Part shown: positions 52,737-62,309 of the stretch, piece after piece
Numbering within the stretch: position 1 is the stretch's first letter
Layout of the letters: every line of letters begins with the position of its first letter
Source of the DNA: an uncultured Eubacteriales bacterium
GTDB taxonomy: Bacteria; Bacillota; Clostridia; Christensenellales; UBA1242
Reading direction: 5' to 3'
Length of the DNA: 64,000 nt
Assembly: GCA_948514155.1 (NCBI GenBank)
Contig: CAOQYA010000002.1
Coordinates: 24,002 to 88,001, forward strand
Notes under the pieces: model-generated
Told to the model about the DNA's origin: nothing
What the model saw: only the letters and a program-made list of their open reading frames with translations
Databases searched by the model: none
Program-made: the position numbers and the translations under genes

Positions 52737-52937
52737 CTACAGCCCAAAGTCGAACATTTTTTGAATGGTGCCGAACAGGTCGCCAATCAGCGACAGCACC
52801 ATAACGATAACGATTATCAGCCCTGCAAGTGTGGCAAATGTGCCAATTTCTTCCTTTCCGGTCTGTTTAAGAATTTGTGTGACGACGGCGGTAAGCAGTC
52901 CGATTGCTGCAATTTTAAAAATTATTTCCACTCCCAT
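52737..52937 (-). CDS. spoIIIAC: Stage III sporulation protein AC
   Basis: 66 aa, 2 TM, IFKIAAIGLLTAVVTQILKQTGKEE. Confidence 0.9.
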   Translation of the reverse strand: MGVEIIFKIAAIGLLTAVVTQILKQTGKEEIGTFATLAGLIIVIVMVLSLIGDLFGTIQKMFDFGL

Positions 52938-52947
52938 AGCCCCCTCC

Positions 52948-53442
52948 TTAAATTAAAATCACAATGGCAAAGAGCCCAGCGATAATTCCCAGTTTGAAGC
53001 ATAGAGAGCCATATTTTTTGTTTTCTGCCGCGCATTTAGAAAGGCTGTCGTCGAAGCGCTTTAGAAAGTTTTGAATTTCTTTGGTCTGCCCCAGCACATC
53101 GCTGCGTCCCAGACTTTTGAAAAACAAAAACACCATTTCCTTCTCTTCGCTTTTAAGAAGCGGACAGTTTTTGAAAAGTTTTTCCTCGCTAAGTTCCTCA
53201 GTTCCTTCCAAATAACTGAGAAAGTTCTTATCAAGCCCAAACAAACTTTTCTTTGTCTTTTCGTCCATGCCCTCAATAAGTTTTTTCAGCCGCTCGCGTG
53301 AAAAGTTGATTTCAACATCCAGTTTCTGTGCAAAGAGGATAAGCGCCGAATAGAACTGCACTCGGCGTTTATATTTGATTGAAAAAACATATCCAACTGT
53401 CACGCACGCAATGAATAGCGCTGCCAAAATAATCCATTTCAT
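52948..53442 (-). CDS. spoIIIAB: Stage III sporulation protein AB
   Basis: 164 aa, N- and C-terminal TM segments, operon position. Confidence 0.85.
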   Translation of the reverse strand: MKWIILAALFIACVTVGYVFSIKYKRRVQFYSALILFAQKLDVEINFSRERLKKLIEGMDEKTKKSLFGLDKNFLSYLEGTEELSEEKLFKNCPLLKSEEKEMVFLFFKSLGRSDVLGQTKEIQNFLKRFDDSLSKCAAENKKYGSLCFKLGIIAGLFAIVILI

Positions 53443-53443
53443 A

Positions 53444-54346
53444 TCACCACCTCATAAGTCTTGAAAAGTTTTCGTCATAAATTCCTTCAAGTGTGCCCGG
53501 CCCTTCGCGCATCGAAAGCACAACATATCGGGAAAACACTTTTTCGTCGATAAGTTCCCTAAACGCCGCTTTTTTAAGGAAACTCTCGATGCTGTCAGAG
53601 TGAGTTGAAGCAATTATTCTAACACCCGAATTGCAGGCGAACTTTACCGCTTCCACATCCTCCCATTCGCTTAATTCGTCGGTGACGATTATGTTCGGAG
53701 CAAGCGAGCGGATGCCGTTTTCAAAGCCGATTTTCTTGGAGGCAAAACTGATAATGTCGCTAAAATTACCTAGACCTTTTCCGATGTTCAGTTCGCCTCT
53801 CTCGTCAAGCACAAGCACATTGAAAGCAAGATTTCTCTCCGAAAGTTGGCAGACAAAATCTCTTAAAAATGTGGTCTTGCCTGCGCCCGGCGGCGAGATT
53901 ATCAGCGTGCTGTAAACGCCGTCCTCTTTCACGATGCTGGAATATGCTTTCAGCGAGCAGTTTTTCACCTCGTGAGGAATTCGGATGTTGACCGAGGAAA
54001 AGCCAGTCATAGTTTTAACTTGTCCCGCCTCTTCAATCATGTTGCCGCCAATGCCGATGCGGATGCCGTTTGGAGTGGCGATGTAGCCCTTTTTGATTTG
54101 CTCGTTGACAGAATAGATGGAGCATTCGCTCGCGCGGAAGATAATCTCTTCAATCATTGACGCGGTGGCATATATTGCGCCCGAAAGATTGCGGGATTTT
54201 CCCTCGTCATTAAGAAAAAACTTCTGCCCCATGCAAGAGAGAAGCACCGGCTTATCGGCGCGCAGTCTAATTTCGTTAAGCGCCCCAAAGCCCACCCTGT
54301 TTTTGATTGGAAGAAAGATTTTATCGGGCAATATTCCCTCAAGCAT
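53444..54346 (-). CDS. spoIIIAA: Stage III sporulation protein AA (AAA-type ATPase)
   Basis: Walker A ISPPGAGKTTFLRD, Walker B VLVLDE. Confidence 0.9.
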   Translation of the reverse strand: MLEGILPDKIFLPIKNRVGFGALNEIRLRADKPVLLSCMGQKFFLNDEGKSRNLSGAIYATASMIEEIIFRASECSIYSVNEQIKKGYIATPNGIRIGIGGNMIEEAGQVKTMTGFSSVNIRIPHEVKNCSLKAYSSIVKEDGVYSTLIISPPGAGKTTFLRDFVCQLSERNLAFNVLVLDERGELNIGKGLGNFSDIISFASKKIGFENGIRSLAPNIIVTDELSEWEDVEAVKFACNSGVRIIASTHSDSIESFLKKAAFRELIDEKVFSRYVVLSMREGPGTLEGIYDENFSRLMRW

Positions 54347-54441
54347 AGCCGCCTCCTTAGCAAAATATATGCCCTGGCTTTATTTGCGCATGAGAAGAAA
54401 AAGGAGGAATTATGCCGATAAAAAAAGTGGCGGCTGCCACT

Positions 54442-55314
54442 TCATATGGAAACAACATTTTCTAATATTGTGCTTTTAGAAAAATTCTCCATGTCCAAAT
54501 ATTGATCAAATGATATGTTGCTATTGACTGTGGAAGGTGTGTTTAAAATGTTGAAGTCGCCTTTATAGTTTTCTATAGAAATTCTTCCAAAAACTTTTTC
54601 AAGCGGACAGTCTTGACAAATATGCTGCGAAATTAAATCGCCAACAACAAATCTCACACCCTTGCAATTTCCATTGTATTTTCCCACTTGCAGTTCGCTT
54701 GTCCTGCAGCCTAAATGCTCTGCTAACAGCGGCTTCAGCATCGGCTCAGATAAGAGTTCACGCTTGGCAGCCGGATAGTAAATCGTCTTAACATTTTCAA
54801 GGTCATTTCTTCCTTCAAAAAGCAGGTCATATCCGTTATATGAAAGATCATCAATCAGTTTTTGTGGCGAGATTTCTGCATATCGCTTTTGCTGGAATAA
54901 TGCTTTGGTTTGCCTCAAACTTTCAAGCCATTCAACTTGTTTTTTCCAGTTGGCAGATTTGTAAAGTTGAGAGTTATTATCGAAGAACTCTTTTGCAACA
55001 TCAAAGAATGCGCTTTCAATGTTTTGCTCCTTGCCGTCCGATAAGCCTCTAAAGCCGCAAAGCGCTCCAACGCCGCTGCAGTGGCCGACAATCTTCAACT
55101 GATTAAAGTTGTCAACAAAAATAAACACAACATTTGCATTTAGTAAGTCCTCGACCATTGCCATTTTGTTAAGGCATATGTAAGTGTTTTTTGTGTATGA
55201 AAAAAGCCTTGCGCAGTTCTCTTCAAAATGAAGAGGTTCAAGTTCTTTGGACGCAAAACTGAGCCAGCGACCTTTTCCAAAAGTGTTTAAATTTTCTAAT
55301 TCAATTTTAAACAT
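54442..55314 (-). CDS. Hypothetical protein (about 290 aa), possibly translated from a leaderless mRNA
   Basis: ORF between efp and spoIIIAA with no recognisable family. ATG 55314 lies 7 nt after a consensus -10. Confidence 0.45.
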   Translation of the reverse strand: MFKIELENLNTFGKGRWLSFASKELEPLHFEENCARLFSYTKNTYICLNKMAMVEDLLNANVVFIFVDNFNQLKIVGHCSGVGALCGFRGLSDGKEQNIESAFFDVAKEFFDNNSQLYKSANWKKQVEWLESLRQTKALFQQKRYAEISPQKLIDDLSYNGYDLLFEGRNDLENVKTIYYPAAKRELLSEPMLKPLLAEHLGCRTSELQVGKYNGNCKGVRFVVGDLISQHICQDCPLEKVFGRISIENYKGDFNILNTPSTVNSNISFDQYLDMENFSKSTILENVVSI

Positions 55315-55321
55315 GGCTTTC

Positions 55322-55350
55322 ATTATATCACTCTTGCGCCGCATTTGCAA
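55322..55350 (-). promoter_or_regulatory. Near-consensus sigma-A promoter
   Basis: On the minus strand: TTGCAA (55350-55345), 17 nt, then TATAAT (55327-55322). Confidence 0.55.
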
Positions 55351-55363
55351 GATGTAAAACAAA

Positions 55364-55395
55364 AAAAGGCGGCAAGTTTGCCGTCCGATTTTTTA
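55364..55395 (-). terminator. Rho-independent terminator after efp
   Basis: On the minus strand: GGACGGCAA-ac-TTGCCGCC followed by T7. Confidence 0.75.
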
Positions 55396-55398
55396 AAC

Positions 55399-55956
55399 TT
55401 ATGCTCTACTCATGTAAGAGCCGTCGCGGGTGTCAATTCTCACGCGCTCGCCTTGGCTGATAAAAAGTGGAACATTGATAACATATCCCGTCTCAAGTTT
55501 AGCCGGCTTTGTGGCAGCCTTTGAAGTGTCGCCCTGCACTGCCGGCTCGCAGTCAACAATTTCAAGTTCAACAAATGTTGGAGGATAAACTGAAAATGGA
55601 GTTCCTTTGTAGAAATACATTGTTGCGTTCATGTTCTCCACCATAAACTTAAGCGCTTCCTCAACAGCGTCATAGTTAAGTGGAATTTGCTCGTATGTTT
55701 CTGCGTCCATGAAGTAGTAAAGTTCGCCGTCGCTGTAAAGATAGGTCATTTCCTTTTTCTCGATAACTGCAACTTGGAATTTATCGGAAGGGTTAAAAGT
55801 GAGTTCCTTCACTTGACCTGTCATAACATTTTTGATTTTTGCTCTCACGAATGGTGAGCCTTTGCCCGGCTTAACATGCAAAAAGTCGATAACAGTGTAA
55901 ACTGCACCGTCCATTTCAAAAGTTGTGCCTTTTCTAAATTCTCCAGCTGTAATCAT
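55399..55956 (-). CDS. efp: Elongation factor P
   Basis: [17 protein letters not shown]...[16 protein letters not shown]. Confidence 0.97.
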   Translation of the reverse strand: MITAGEFRKGTTFEMDGAVYTVIDFLHVKPGKGSPFVRAKIKNVMTGQVKELTFNPSDKFQVAVIEKKEMTYLYSDGELYYFMDAETYEQIPLNYDAVEEALKFMVENMNATMYFYKGTPFSVYPPTFVELEIVDCEPAVQGDTSKAATKPAKLETGYVINVPLFISQGERVRIDTRDGSYMSRA

Positions 55957-56000
55957 GTATAGTCTCCTTAAAATAATTTTACTTTGCTATTCTAGCACAA

Positions 56001-56867
56001 TTATTGCGTCTTAGCAAGCAATTTTTTGTAAATTCTTTTCATTTCTGCGGCGTCTTTTGCCATATGCCCTGCCGACTCCGAAATTATTCGCGGATGCAGG
56101 TCAAGTTCGACAAGAGCCTCGGCAAGCGGCTGAAAGTTTGGGCCATAGATTTCGTCGTCAAAATTCAGGTGGCGAATTTCGCCTTTCTCGCCAAATTGAA
56201 TTTTGGAAAAGTGGATGTGTGCGATGTTTGTTTTCTCATAGCCGATAACATCAATCGAGCGCTGCAGAATTTTCTTGAAATCGTCCTTAGTTTTCAGCGA
56301 GCCCTGAGTGAGCGCGTTGATGTGTCCAAAATCGAAGGTCGGAATAAGGTGGGCGTTGCCGGCGCAGATTTCAAGCACTTCTTCATATGTGCCAATTTGC
56401 ATCTGCTTGCCCATTGTCTCAGGGCAGAGATAAATTCCCTCCAAAAGCCCTTCACTATCAAGTGCGTTCACAAGTTCTGAAATGCGCTCCTTTGCGATTT
56501 TGAAGGCATCGCTCCTTTCGGCTTTGCCGCAGGAAGCCGGGTGAAAGACCAGCCTGTCAGCCCCAAAAGCCCTCAAAAATTTAATGCCCGTCGTGATGTA
56601 GCCCCTGGTTTTTCCCAGCAGCACTTCGTCAGGCGAGGCAAAATTGATAAAATATGGCGCGTGCAGAGAAAGCGCAATGCCTTCCTCCTTAAACGCATCG
56701 CCAATCTTTCTTGCAGTCTCAGTTGGCATGATGTAGCCGCGGCCGAAAGAATATTCGAATGCGTCAAGCCCCCTTGCCTTCAGCCATTTAGGGGCCTGCA
56801 AGGTTGTTTTGTTGCCTTCAGCATGAAAACTTTCGCTGTTGCCCGCAGGGCCGAAAAGTGTTTGCAT
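56001..56867 (-). CDS. TIM-barrel protein of the endonuclease IV / xylose-isomerase-like superfamily
   Basis: LHAPYFINFASPD, FHPAS, CPETMG, FDFGH (metal-ligand pattern of the Nfo-like family). ATG 56867 follows AGGAGG. Confidence 0.55.
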   Translation of the reverse strand: MQTLFGPAGNSESFHAEGNKTTLQAPKWLKARGLDAFEYSFGRGYIMPTETARKIGDAFKEEGIALSLHAPYFINFASPDEVLLGKTRGYITTGIKFLRAFGADRLVFHPASCGKAERSDAFKIAKERISELVNALDSEGLLEGIYLCPETMGKQMQIGTYEEVLEICAGNAHLIPTFDFGHINALTQGSLKTKDDFKKILQRSIDVIGYEKTNIAHIHFSKIQFGEKGEIRHLNFDDEIYGPNFQPLAEALVELDLHPRIISESAGHMAKDAAEMKRIYKKLLAKTQ

Positions 56868-56874
56868 AATTCCT

Positions 56875-57065
56875 CCTGGGGAGGCACCGACCTCGTTTAA
56901 CGCGGGCACGGTGCTTTGCTAACCTAACCGCTACTCGGTCGGTTCCCTCCCAATCTCCCTCCACTGGCGGGGCTCACCCAGCTTTCCCTCAAGCAAATTC
57001 ATGAATGAATTTCTTTCGGTTGTCGCTGGGCAAAGCCCTTCCCCGACAAAGCTGGATGTCGCATA
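56875..57065 (-). repeat. GC-rich structured intergenic element (type 2, short form) abutting the RBS of the TIM-barrel gene
   Basis: Same blocks as 41870-42215: TTAACGCGGGCACG 56897-56910, CCGCTA 56928-56933, TTCCCTC 56943-56949, hairpin unit 57020-57049, CTGGATGTCGCA 57052-57063. Confidence 0.7.
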
Positions 57066-57078
57066 TTTTAATCAATAT

Positions 57079-57918
57079 TTAATTTAGCCTTATTTCGAGT
57101 TTGAGTTTGCCCTCTCTTGCGTCCGCCAAGCCAAGAAAGGTGCTGCCAAAAAGATTATATCGTCCGTCTTTTAACTTGCATGGCAAAATCTGACCATTCA
57201 AAATTCTTATTTCATTTTCCTTCGAAACTTCCACTTTTTCAAAACTAAAAAGGTCTTCGGGCGCAATAACGCTGAATTTGCCTGCCTTCACATCTTCAAG
57301 CGAGAATGCATCTTTAAGTTTAAAATCTCCACATTTTGTGCGTATTATATCATAACACACGCCACATGTTGATAAACTCGCCGCAAGATCGCGACAGAGC
57401 GCACGAATATATGTGCCCGACGAACACGCAACTTTGAAAACAAAGAGGTTTTTTTCTTTCTCTTCGATAAGTTCAAAATTGTATATTTCAATTTCTTTAG
57501 GATTGAGAGTTGGCTCTTTCCCCTCCCGAGCAAGTTCATATGCTTTTTTTCCATTTATCTTTTTTGCTGAATAAGCCGGCGGCATCTGACTAAGCTTGCC
57601 TAAAAAGGTTGGCAAAATTTTTAAAATGTCTTCTTTTGATATTTTTTTATCGTCAGTTCTTGTTATTTGCCCTTCAAGGTCGAAAGTGTCGCGCTCCTCG
57701 CCGAACTTAAAGGTTGTGATGTATTCTTTATTCTTATTAAGATAAATGTCAAACAGCTTTGTGCAAGAGCCGAGCGCTATTGGCAGCAAGCCCTCCGCTT
57801 CAACATCCAGCGTGCCAAGGTGGCCGGCTTTGCTTGCGCCCGCCGCCCTCTTCACGATATTGACAGCAGTGTTGGAAGAAAGACGACGAGGTTTATTTAA
57901 AAGAACAATTCCGGTCAT
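57079..57918 (-). CDS. truB: tRNA pseudouridine(55) synthase TruB
   Basis: GIVLLNKP...SSN...KAGHLGTLD (catalytic Asp context). Confidence 0.9.
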   Translation of the reverse strand: MTGIVLLNKPRRLSSNTAVNIVKRAAGASKAGHLGTLDVEAEGLLPIALGSCTKLFDIYLNKNKEYITTFKFGEERDTFDLEGQITRTDDKKISKEDILKILPTFLGKLSQMPPAYSAKKINGKKAYELAREGKEPTLNPKEIEIYNFELIEEKEKNLFVFKVACSSGTYIRALCRDLAASLSTCGVCYDIIRTKCGDFKLKDAFSLEDVKAGKFSVIAPEDLFSFEKVEVSKENEIRILNGQILPCKLKDGRYNLFGSTFLGLADAREGKLKLEIRLN

Positions 57919-58886
57919 TATTTTAACTCCCTAATCGCTTTGAGCACAAGTTGTTTAACTTGTTTTTCGCTGCCCTTTAAGTTTCTGCAAGCGGCCGCTT
58001 GAACATGCCCGCCCCCGCCAAAGTGCGCTGCTATTTTTGAAACATCATAGCCTTGCCTGCATCTAAACGAGCAAGAAAAAGTGTGTGGCTCTTGCTGCTT
58101 GATAAGGCAGGAAATGTTTACTCCGTCAATTGACAGAAGTTTGTTGGAAAGGCCTTCAGTGGTGTAGTTATCCATTCCCGCTTGCTTAAAATCTCGGGCA
58201 TTGAGCGAAGAGATAATGATATCGTCGCAGATTTCCAGTTTTTCAATCATGCGGCCTTGCAGTTTAAACATTGATAAAGATTGTGATTTAAGTAAAACAT
58301 TGTTGGCCTCAACGGTGTCTGCCCCGCATTCGATAAGTTTAATTGCATTTTTGAAAGTGTCTGCATTAACCGAGTCGATTGTAAAGGCTGCGCTATCTGT
58401 AAGCAGCCCGCCATACAGGATTTTGGCCTCAGTTTTGTCTGGCTTTTTGCCCATAAATTCGATAAACTCCAAAATCACCTCACAAGCCGAAGTGTATGGA
58501 AGAGTCAGTTCAAGTTTTGCGTCATTGAAAATGCCTGGGTGGTGGTCAAGCCTCATTGTGTTTGGGTGGTTTTTAAAAGCGGAGCAATATTTGCCCAGTC
58601 TTGCGGCTGTGGAGTTGTCCACCATGATTAACAGGTCGTAGTTTTCGGAAATAATTTCATTTTTTATTTTATCGGTCTCAAAAAATCGAGCGTCTGAACT
58701 TGTGATTTTGCTATCGAGAAAATAATCGACCTTTTTGCCCTGTCTTTCAAGAAAATGCCCAAGTCCAAACATGGAGCCAAGTCCGTCCGGGTCGTGGTTT
58801 ATATGACTAAAAATCGCAATTGTTTTTGCGGCTTTAATCTTGTCTGAAATTTTTTGAAACTTAGTCGTTTTCTGGGTCGCTGTCAT
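57918..58886 (-). CDS. nrnA: DHH/DHHA1 phosphoesterase (NrnA-like oligoribonuclease / pAp phosphatase)
   Basis: Motifs HINHDPDGLGS, DHH-like (LDHHP) and GGGGH. Confidence 0.85.
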   Translation of the reverse strand: MTATQKTTKFQKISDKIKAAKTIAIFSHINHDPDGLGSMFGLGHFLERQGKKVDYFLDSKITSSDARFFETDKIKNEIISENYDLLIMVDNSTAARLGKYCSAFKNHPNTMRLDHHPGIFNDAKLELTLPYTSACEVILEFIEFMGKKPDKTEAKILYGGLLTDSAAFTIDSVNADTFKNAIKLIECGADTVEANNVLLKSQSLSMFKLQGRMIEKLEICDDIIISSLNARDFKQAGMDNYTTEGLSNKLLSIDGVNISCLIKQQEPHTFSCSFRCRQGYDVSKIAAHFGGGGHVQAAACRNLKGSEKQVKQLVLKAIRELK

Positions 58887-59256
58887 TTTCTGTATCCTCT
58901 TGAGGTGGAATGTCCAGCCCTTTTAAAATTTCTTCCACTCTGATTGCATTTTGCATGTTTTTGTCAAACGCAAAATCGAGTTTTGGCATATGCGGCAGGT
59001 CGAGTTTTTCAGCAAGTTTTGCCTTGATAAAGCCCTCGGACCTTTTCAGCACCTTCATAACTTCGGGTGCACGCGAGTAGTCGCCATCGGTTAGCGCGAT
59101 TTTGACTTTTGCATATCTGAAGTCTGGCGCAACTTTAACATCATTAACGCCAACAAAGGCGTCGATGCGAGGGTCGTTCATTTCAAACGCCACAATCTCT
59201 TGCAGCGCTTTTTGGAGTTTTGCATTTGCTCTGTCTATTCTGTTTGACATTTTCAC
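58861..59256 (-). CDS. rbfA: Ribosome-binding factor A
   Basis: RIDRANAKLQKALQEIV..., KH-like fold size, position after infB. Confidence 0.9.
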   Translation of the reverse strand: MKMSNRIDRANAKLQKALQEIVAFEMNDPRIDAFVGVNDVKVAPDFRYAKVKIALTDGDYSRAPEVMKVLKRSEGFIKAKLAEKLDLPHMPKLDFAFDKNMQNAIRVEEILKGLDIPPQEDTENDSDPEND

Positions 59257-61763
59257 CCCCTATTGATTGGAACGCTGATATAGAATTCGATTATATCGCC
59301 CTCTTTAAAGTCAAGGTTGTCGTGCAGTTTAATTCCGCACTCATAACCTTTAACAACTTCTGCTTTCTCGTCCTTGAGAATTTTGAGGCTTTCAACGGTC
59401 GTTGCTCCAATCTCTTCTTCGCCGCGTTTAACTTTGGCGATGCAGTTTCTGGTGGCTTTGCCGTCTTTCATCATGCAGCCTGCAACTTTTCCGGCTGTGG
59501 AGAGTTTGAAGACCATGCGAATTTCAGCGTTTCCGATATATTGCTCTTCATATTTAATCGAAAGCATGCCGCTGATTGCACGAGTGATGTCGTCAACAAC
59601 TTCATATATGATTTTATATTCCTTAATCTCCACCTTTTCTCTGTCAGCAAGAATTTTTGCCTTGCCGCCCGCTTTAAGGTTGAAGGAAATAATAACTGCC
59701 TTTGTTGTTTCAGCAAGCACAACATCGCTTTCGGTGACAGGCCCTGCTGCAGCATGAACAACATTGACCTTTGCCTCCTCGTTCGAAATTGGCGTGAGTG
59801 TGGAAACAAGCGCTTCCACTGAGCCTTGAGTGTCGGCTTTAATGATAACATTAAGATTTTTGAGTGTCCCCTCGTGAACTCTGTCCATGAAGCCGTCAAG
59901 GCTGACGCCAGAGGTCTTAAGCGCTTTTTCTTTCTTGATTTTGTCAATTCTCTCTTCGATAACCTGTTTCGAAAGGCTTTCGCTCACGGCATAGAACTCG
60001 TCGCCCGAAGAAGGAACTTCATAGAAGCCGAGAACTGAAATTGGAGTTGACGGCGCTGCCGATTTAACAGGTTTTCCGTGCTCGTCGAACATAGCTTTAA
60101 CTTTTCCATAGGTTATGCCGGCAAGGAAACTGTCGCCCACCTTAAGTGTTCCGTTTTGAACGAGAACTGTGGCAACAGGTCCGCGATTTTTGTCAAGTTC
60201 CGCTTCCAAAATAACGCCGGTCGCGGTGCGGTCCGGGTTGGCTTTAAGTTCTTCCATGTCCGCAACAAGAAGTATCATAGACTTAAGTTCGTCCATGCCA
60301 AGTCCGGTCTTAGCCGAAACAGGCACAACAACGGTGTTTCCGCCCCACTCTTCAGGCAGCACATCGTGCTCGGCAAGTTGCTGTTTAACGCGGTCGATAT
60401 TCGCTTCCGGTTTGTCGATTTTGTTGATAGCAACAATCATAGGCACGCCGGCCGCTTTAATGTGATTGATAGCCTCAATGGTCTGTGGCATGATGCCGTC
60501 GTCTGCGGCAACAACAAGAATTGCGATATCGGTCGCTTTCGCCCCCCGCGCGCGCATCTGAGTGAATGCCGCGTGACCAGGAGTGTCGATAAAGGTTATT
60601 TTTTCATTGTTGAAAACAATTTGATATGCGCCGATTTTCTGAGTGATGCCACCCGCTTCGCTTGCAACAACATTGCTCTTTCTAAACGCATCGAGAAGTG
60701 ATGTTTTTCCGTGGTCGACATGGCCCATAACTGTAACAACTGGAGGACGCTTCCTGAGATTTTTCTCGTCGTCTTCGTGGCTTATGTCAATAAGTTTTTC
60801 TTCCATGGTCTTATCAAGCTTAAGTTCCAAGGTTATTCCAAACTCGCTGCACACAAGTTCAGCGGTGTCGAAATCGATGTTTGAGTTGATTGTTGCCATA
60901 ATGCCAAGTATCATAAGTTTTTTAACAATTTCAACAACAGCCTTGCCCGTCTTTTCGCTGAGTTCTTTAACAGAAATTTCTTTCGACGAAAGAACAACAT
61001 GTGTGATTTTTGGCGCGATAATTGTATCTTGCTTTTTCTTATTCTTGTTTGCAAGTTTTCTTGAGCCCATGGTGGTCTCTTCAAAGCCGTCCTCGCTCAT
61101 TGTGATTATGCTGCGGCGATTGTCAAGCCCTTTCTTAGGTGTTGGGCGTGCTTTTTCCTCCACAATGTTTTTCTTTGGCGATTTGTTCTTATTGCCAAAG
61201 TTTCTTTCCGGCTGCGCAATGATAGGCTCCGGCTCATTACCCGCGAAAGAGCGGAAGTTGTTAACTTTTGTGGAAACAAAGTTTGTTTTATTCTGACTAA
61301 AGCCCGGCCTGTTGTTGTTTGCAAAAGGCGGCTTTCTATTAGGGTCAAAATTAGATTGTCTGTTGTTATTAAATGGCCTCTGCCCATTGTTTGGGCGTTG
61401 CTGTTGAAAGTTCGTGCCATTTGTTCTTCTGAAATCTTGATTTGCTTTTCCGGTTGCGCCAATTTGATTTTGGTCAAATCTGCGGAAGTTGTTTTGTGGC
61501 TGTGAAGGAGAATTTGGACGAGAAAAACTCTCCGGCTTCTTGTTTTGTGAAGTCGGCGCTGCAGCGGCAGCCTCTTTTTTCTCCTCTTCCTGCTTCAATC
61601 TGGCCGCCGCAATCTCGGCTGCTTTTTTTGCAGTTTGCATATTGCGTGCCAGTTCGTCGAGTTGAGTCTTGAGCGCTCTAATCTCACGAAGTTGCTCGAG
61701 AATGCTTCCCTCTTTTTGCAGATTATGAATTGTTTTAAGATTGTTAAGTCCTGGGTTTGCCAA
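59253..61763 (-). CDS. infB: Translation initiation factor IF-2 (TTG start)
   Basis: G domain [26 protein letters not shown]-rich N-terminal region. AAGGAG lies 6 nt upstream of the TTG. Confidence 0.97.
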   Translation of the reverse strand: MANPGLNNLKTIHNLQKEGSILEQLREIRALKTQLDELARNMQTAKKAAEIAAARLKQEEEKKEAAAAAPTSQNKKPESFSRPNSPSQPQNNFRRFDQNQIGATGKANQDFRRTNGTNFQQQRPNNGQRPFNNNRQSNFDPNRKPPFANNNRPGFSQNKTNFVSTKVNNFRSFAGNEPEPIIAQPERNFGNKNKSPKKNIVEEKARPTPKKGLDNRRSIITMSEDGFEETTMGSRKLANKNKKKQDTIIAPKITHVVLSSKEISVKELSEKTGKAVVEIVKKLMILGIMATINSNIDFDTAELVCSEFGITLELKLDKTMEEKLIDISHEDDEKNLRKRPPVVTVMGHVDHGKTSLLDAFRKSNVVASEAGGITQKIGAYQIVFNNEKITFIDTPGHAAFTQMRARGAKATDIAILVVAADDGIMPQTIEAINHIKAAGVPMIVAINKIDKPEANIDRVKQQLAEHDVLPEEWGGNTVVVPVSAKTGLGMDELKSMILLVADMEELKANPDRTATGVILEAELDKNRGPVATVLVQNGTLKVGDSFLAGITYGKVKAMFDEHGKPVKSAAPSTPISVLGFYEVPSSGDEFYAVSESLSKQVIEERIDKIKKEKALKTSGVSLDGFMDRVHEGTLKNLNVIIKADTQGSVEALVSTLTPISNEEAKVNVVHAAAGPVTESDVVLAETTKAVIISFNLKAGGKAKILADREKVEIKEYKIIYEVVDDITRAISGMLSIKYEEQYIGNAEIRMVFKLSTAGKVAGCMMKDGKATRNCIAKVKRGEEEIGATTVESLKILKDEKAEVVKGYECGIKLHDNLDFKEGDIIEFYISVPINRG

Positions 61764-61780
61764 ATTTTTCTCCTTACTAT

Positions 61781-62062
61781 CTAATCAAGATATTTTTTTA
61801 TTTCTTCGCTTAGTCCTTTGTTTTTAATTCCGATAAGTTTATATGTTTTTTGATTGAGCGTGCCAAGCCCTTCAACCTCTCTGCCCTCAATTCCCTTTTC
61901 TACAAGGCGGTCATATATCTTTCGGCTGCTCTTGCCGGCAAGGGTGTCGATAAGCACAAGATAGAGTTTCTTGTCATAGCCCGAAAGTTTGTCGCTGCCT
62001 TCGATAACATATCCTGCTTGCAGTGCAATGCCAATATATGATGCAAGTTTATCTTTTTGCAT
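61781..62062 (-). CDS. ylxQ: L7Ae-family RNA-binding protein YlxQ
   Basis: 93 aa, L7Ae-like, canonical position between ylxR and infB. Confidence 0.8.
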   Translation of the reverse strand: MQKDKLASYIGIALQAGYVIEGSDKLSGYDKKLYLVLIDTLAGKSSRKIYDRLVEKGIEGREVEGLGTLNQKTYKLIGIKNKGLSEEIKKYLD

Positions 62063-62309
62063 GCTCCCTTAACTCCTCATAGATTTGTTCGGGCACGGCG
62101 CACTTAAACGCACGATTAAGCCCTTTAGCTTTCTGCAGATTTTTAAGGCACTGTTCATTCTTGCAAATGTAGGCGCCGCGGCCGGCAAGTTTTCCGGTCT
62201 CGTCCACAAAGAACTGTCCCTCTTTATTTTTCACCACGCGAACAAGTTCTTTCTTGTCGAACATCTCTCGGCAAACGATGCACATTCGCTTTGGGCTGGG
62301 CTTATTCAT
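62049..62309 (-). CDS. ylxR: YlxR (DUF448) RNA-binding protein
   Basis: RMCIVCREMFDKKELVRVV...GRGAYIC. ATG 62309 overlaps the nusA stop. Confidence 0.85.
   Translation of the reverse strand: MNKPSPKRMCIVCREMFDKKELVRVVKNKEGQFFVDETGKLAGRGAYICKNEQCLKNLQKAKGLNRAFKCAVPEQIYEELREHAKR

Noticed and set aside
56941-57000. Possible cobalamin riboswitch: the sense strand reads GGGTGAGCCCCGCCAGTGGAGGGA, resembling the B12-box context CCCGCCACTG
   Set aside because: The box has a mismatch (CAGTG versus CACTG). The other conserved cobalamin-riboswitch segments are not visible. The downstream gene is not B12-related, and the homologous copy upstream of yebC lacks the box.
59220-61296. Series of 200-217-aa plus-strand ORFs antisense to infB. 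Similar antisense ORFs occur at 62689-63474 (nusA), 38199-38861 (ruvB), 45637-46143 (proS), 35746-36201 (tgt), 8040-8660 (lipoprotein) and 33718-34227 (rny).
   Set aside because: All are shadows of strongly supported genes on the opposite strand. Their compositions are odd (Phe/Cys/Asn-rich or Ser-rich) and they lack RBSs.
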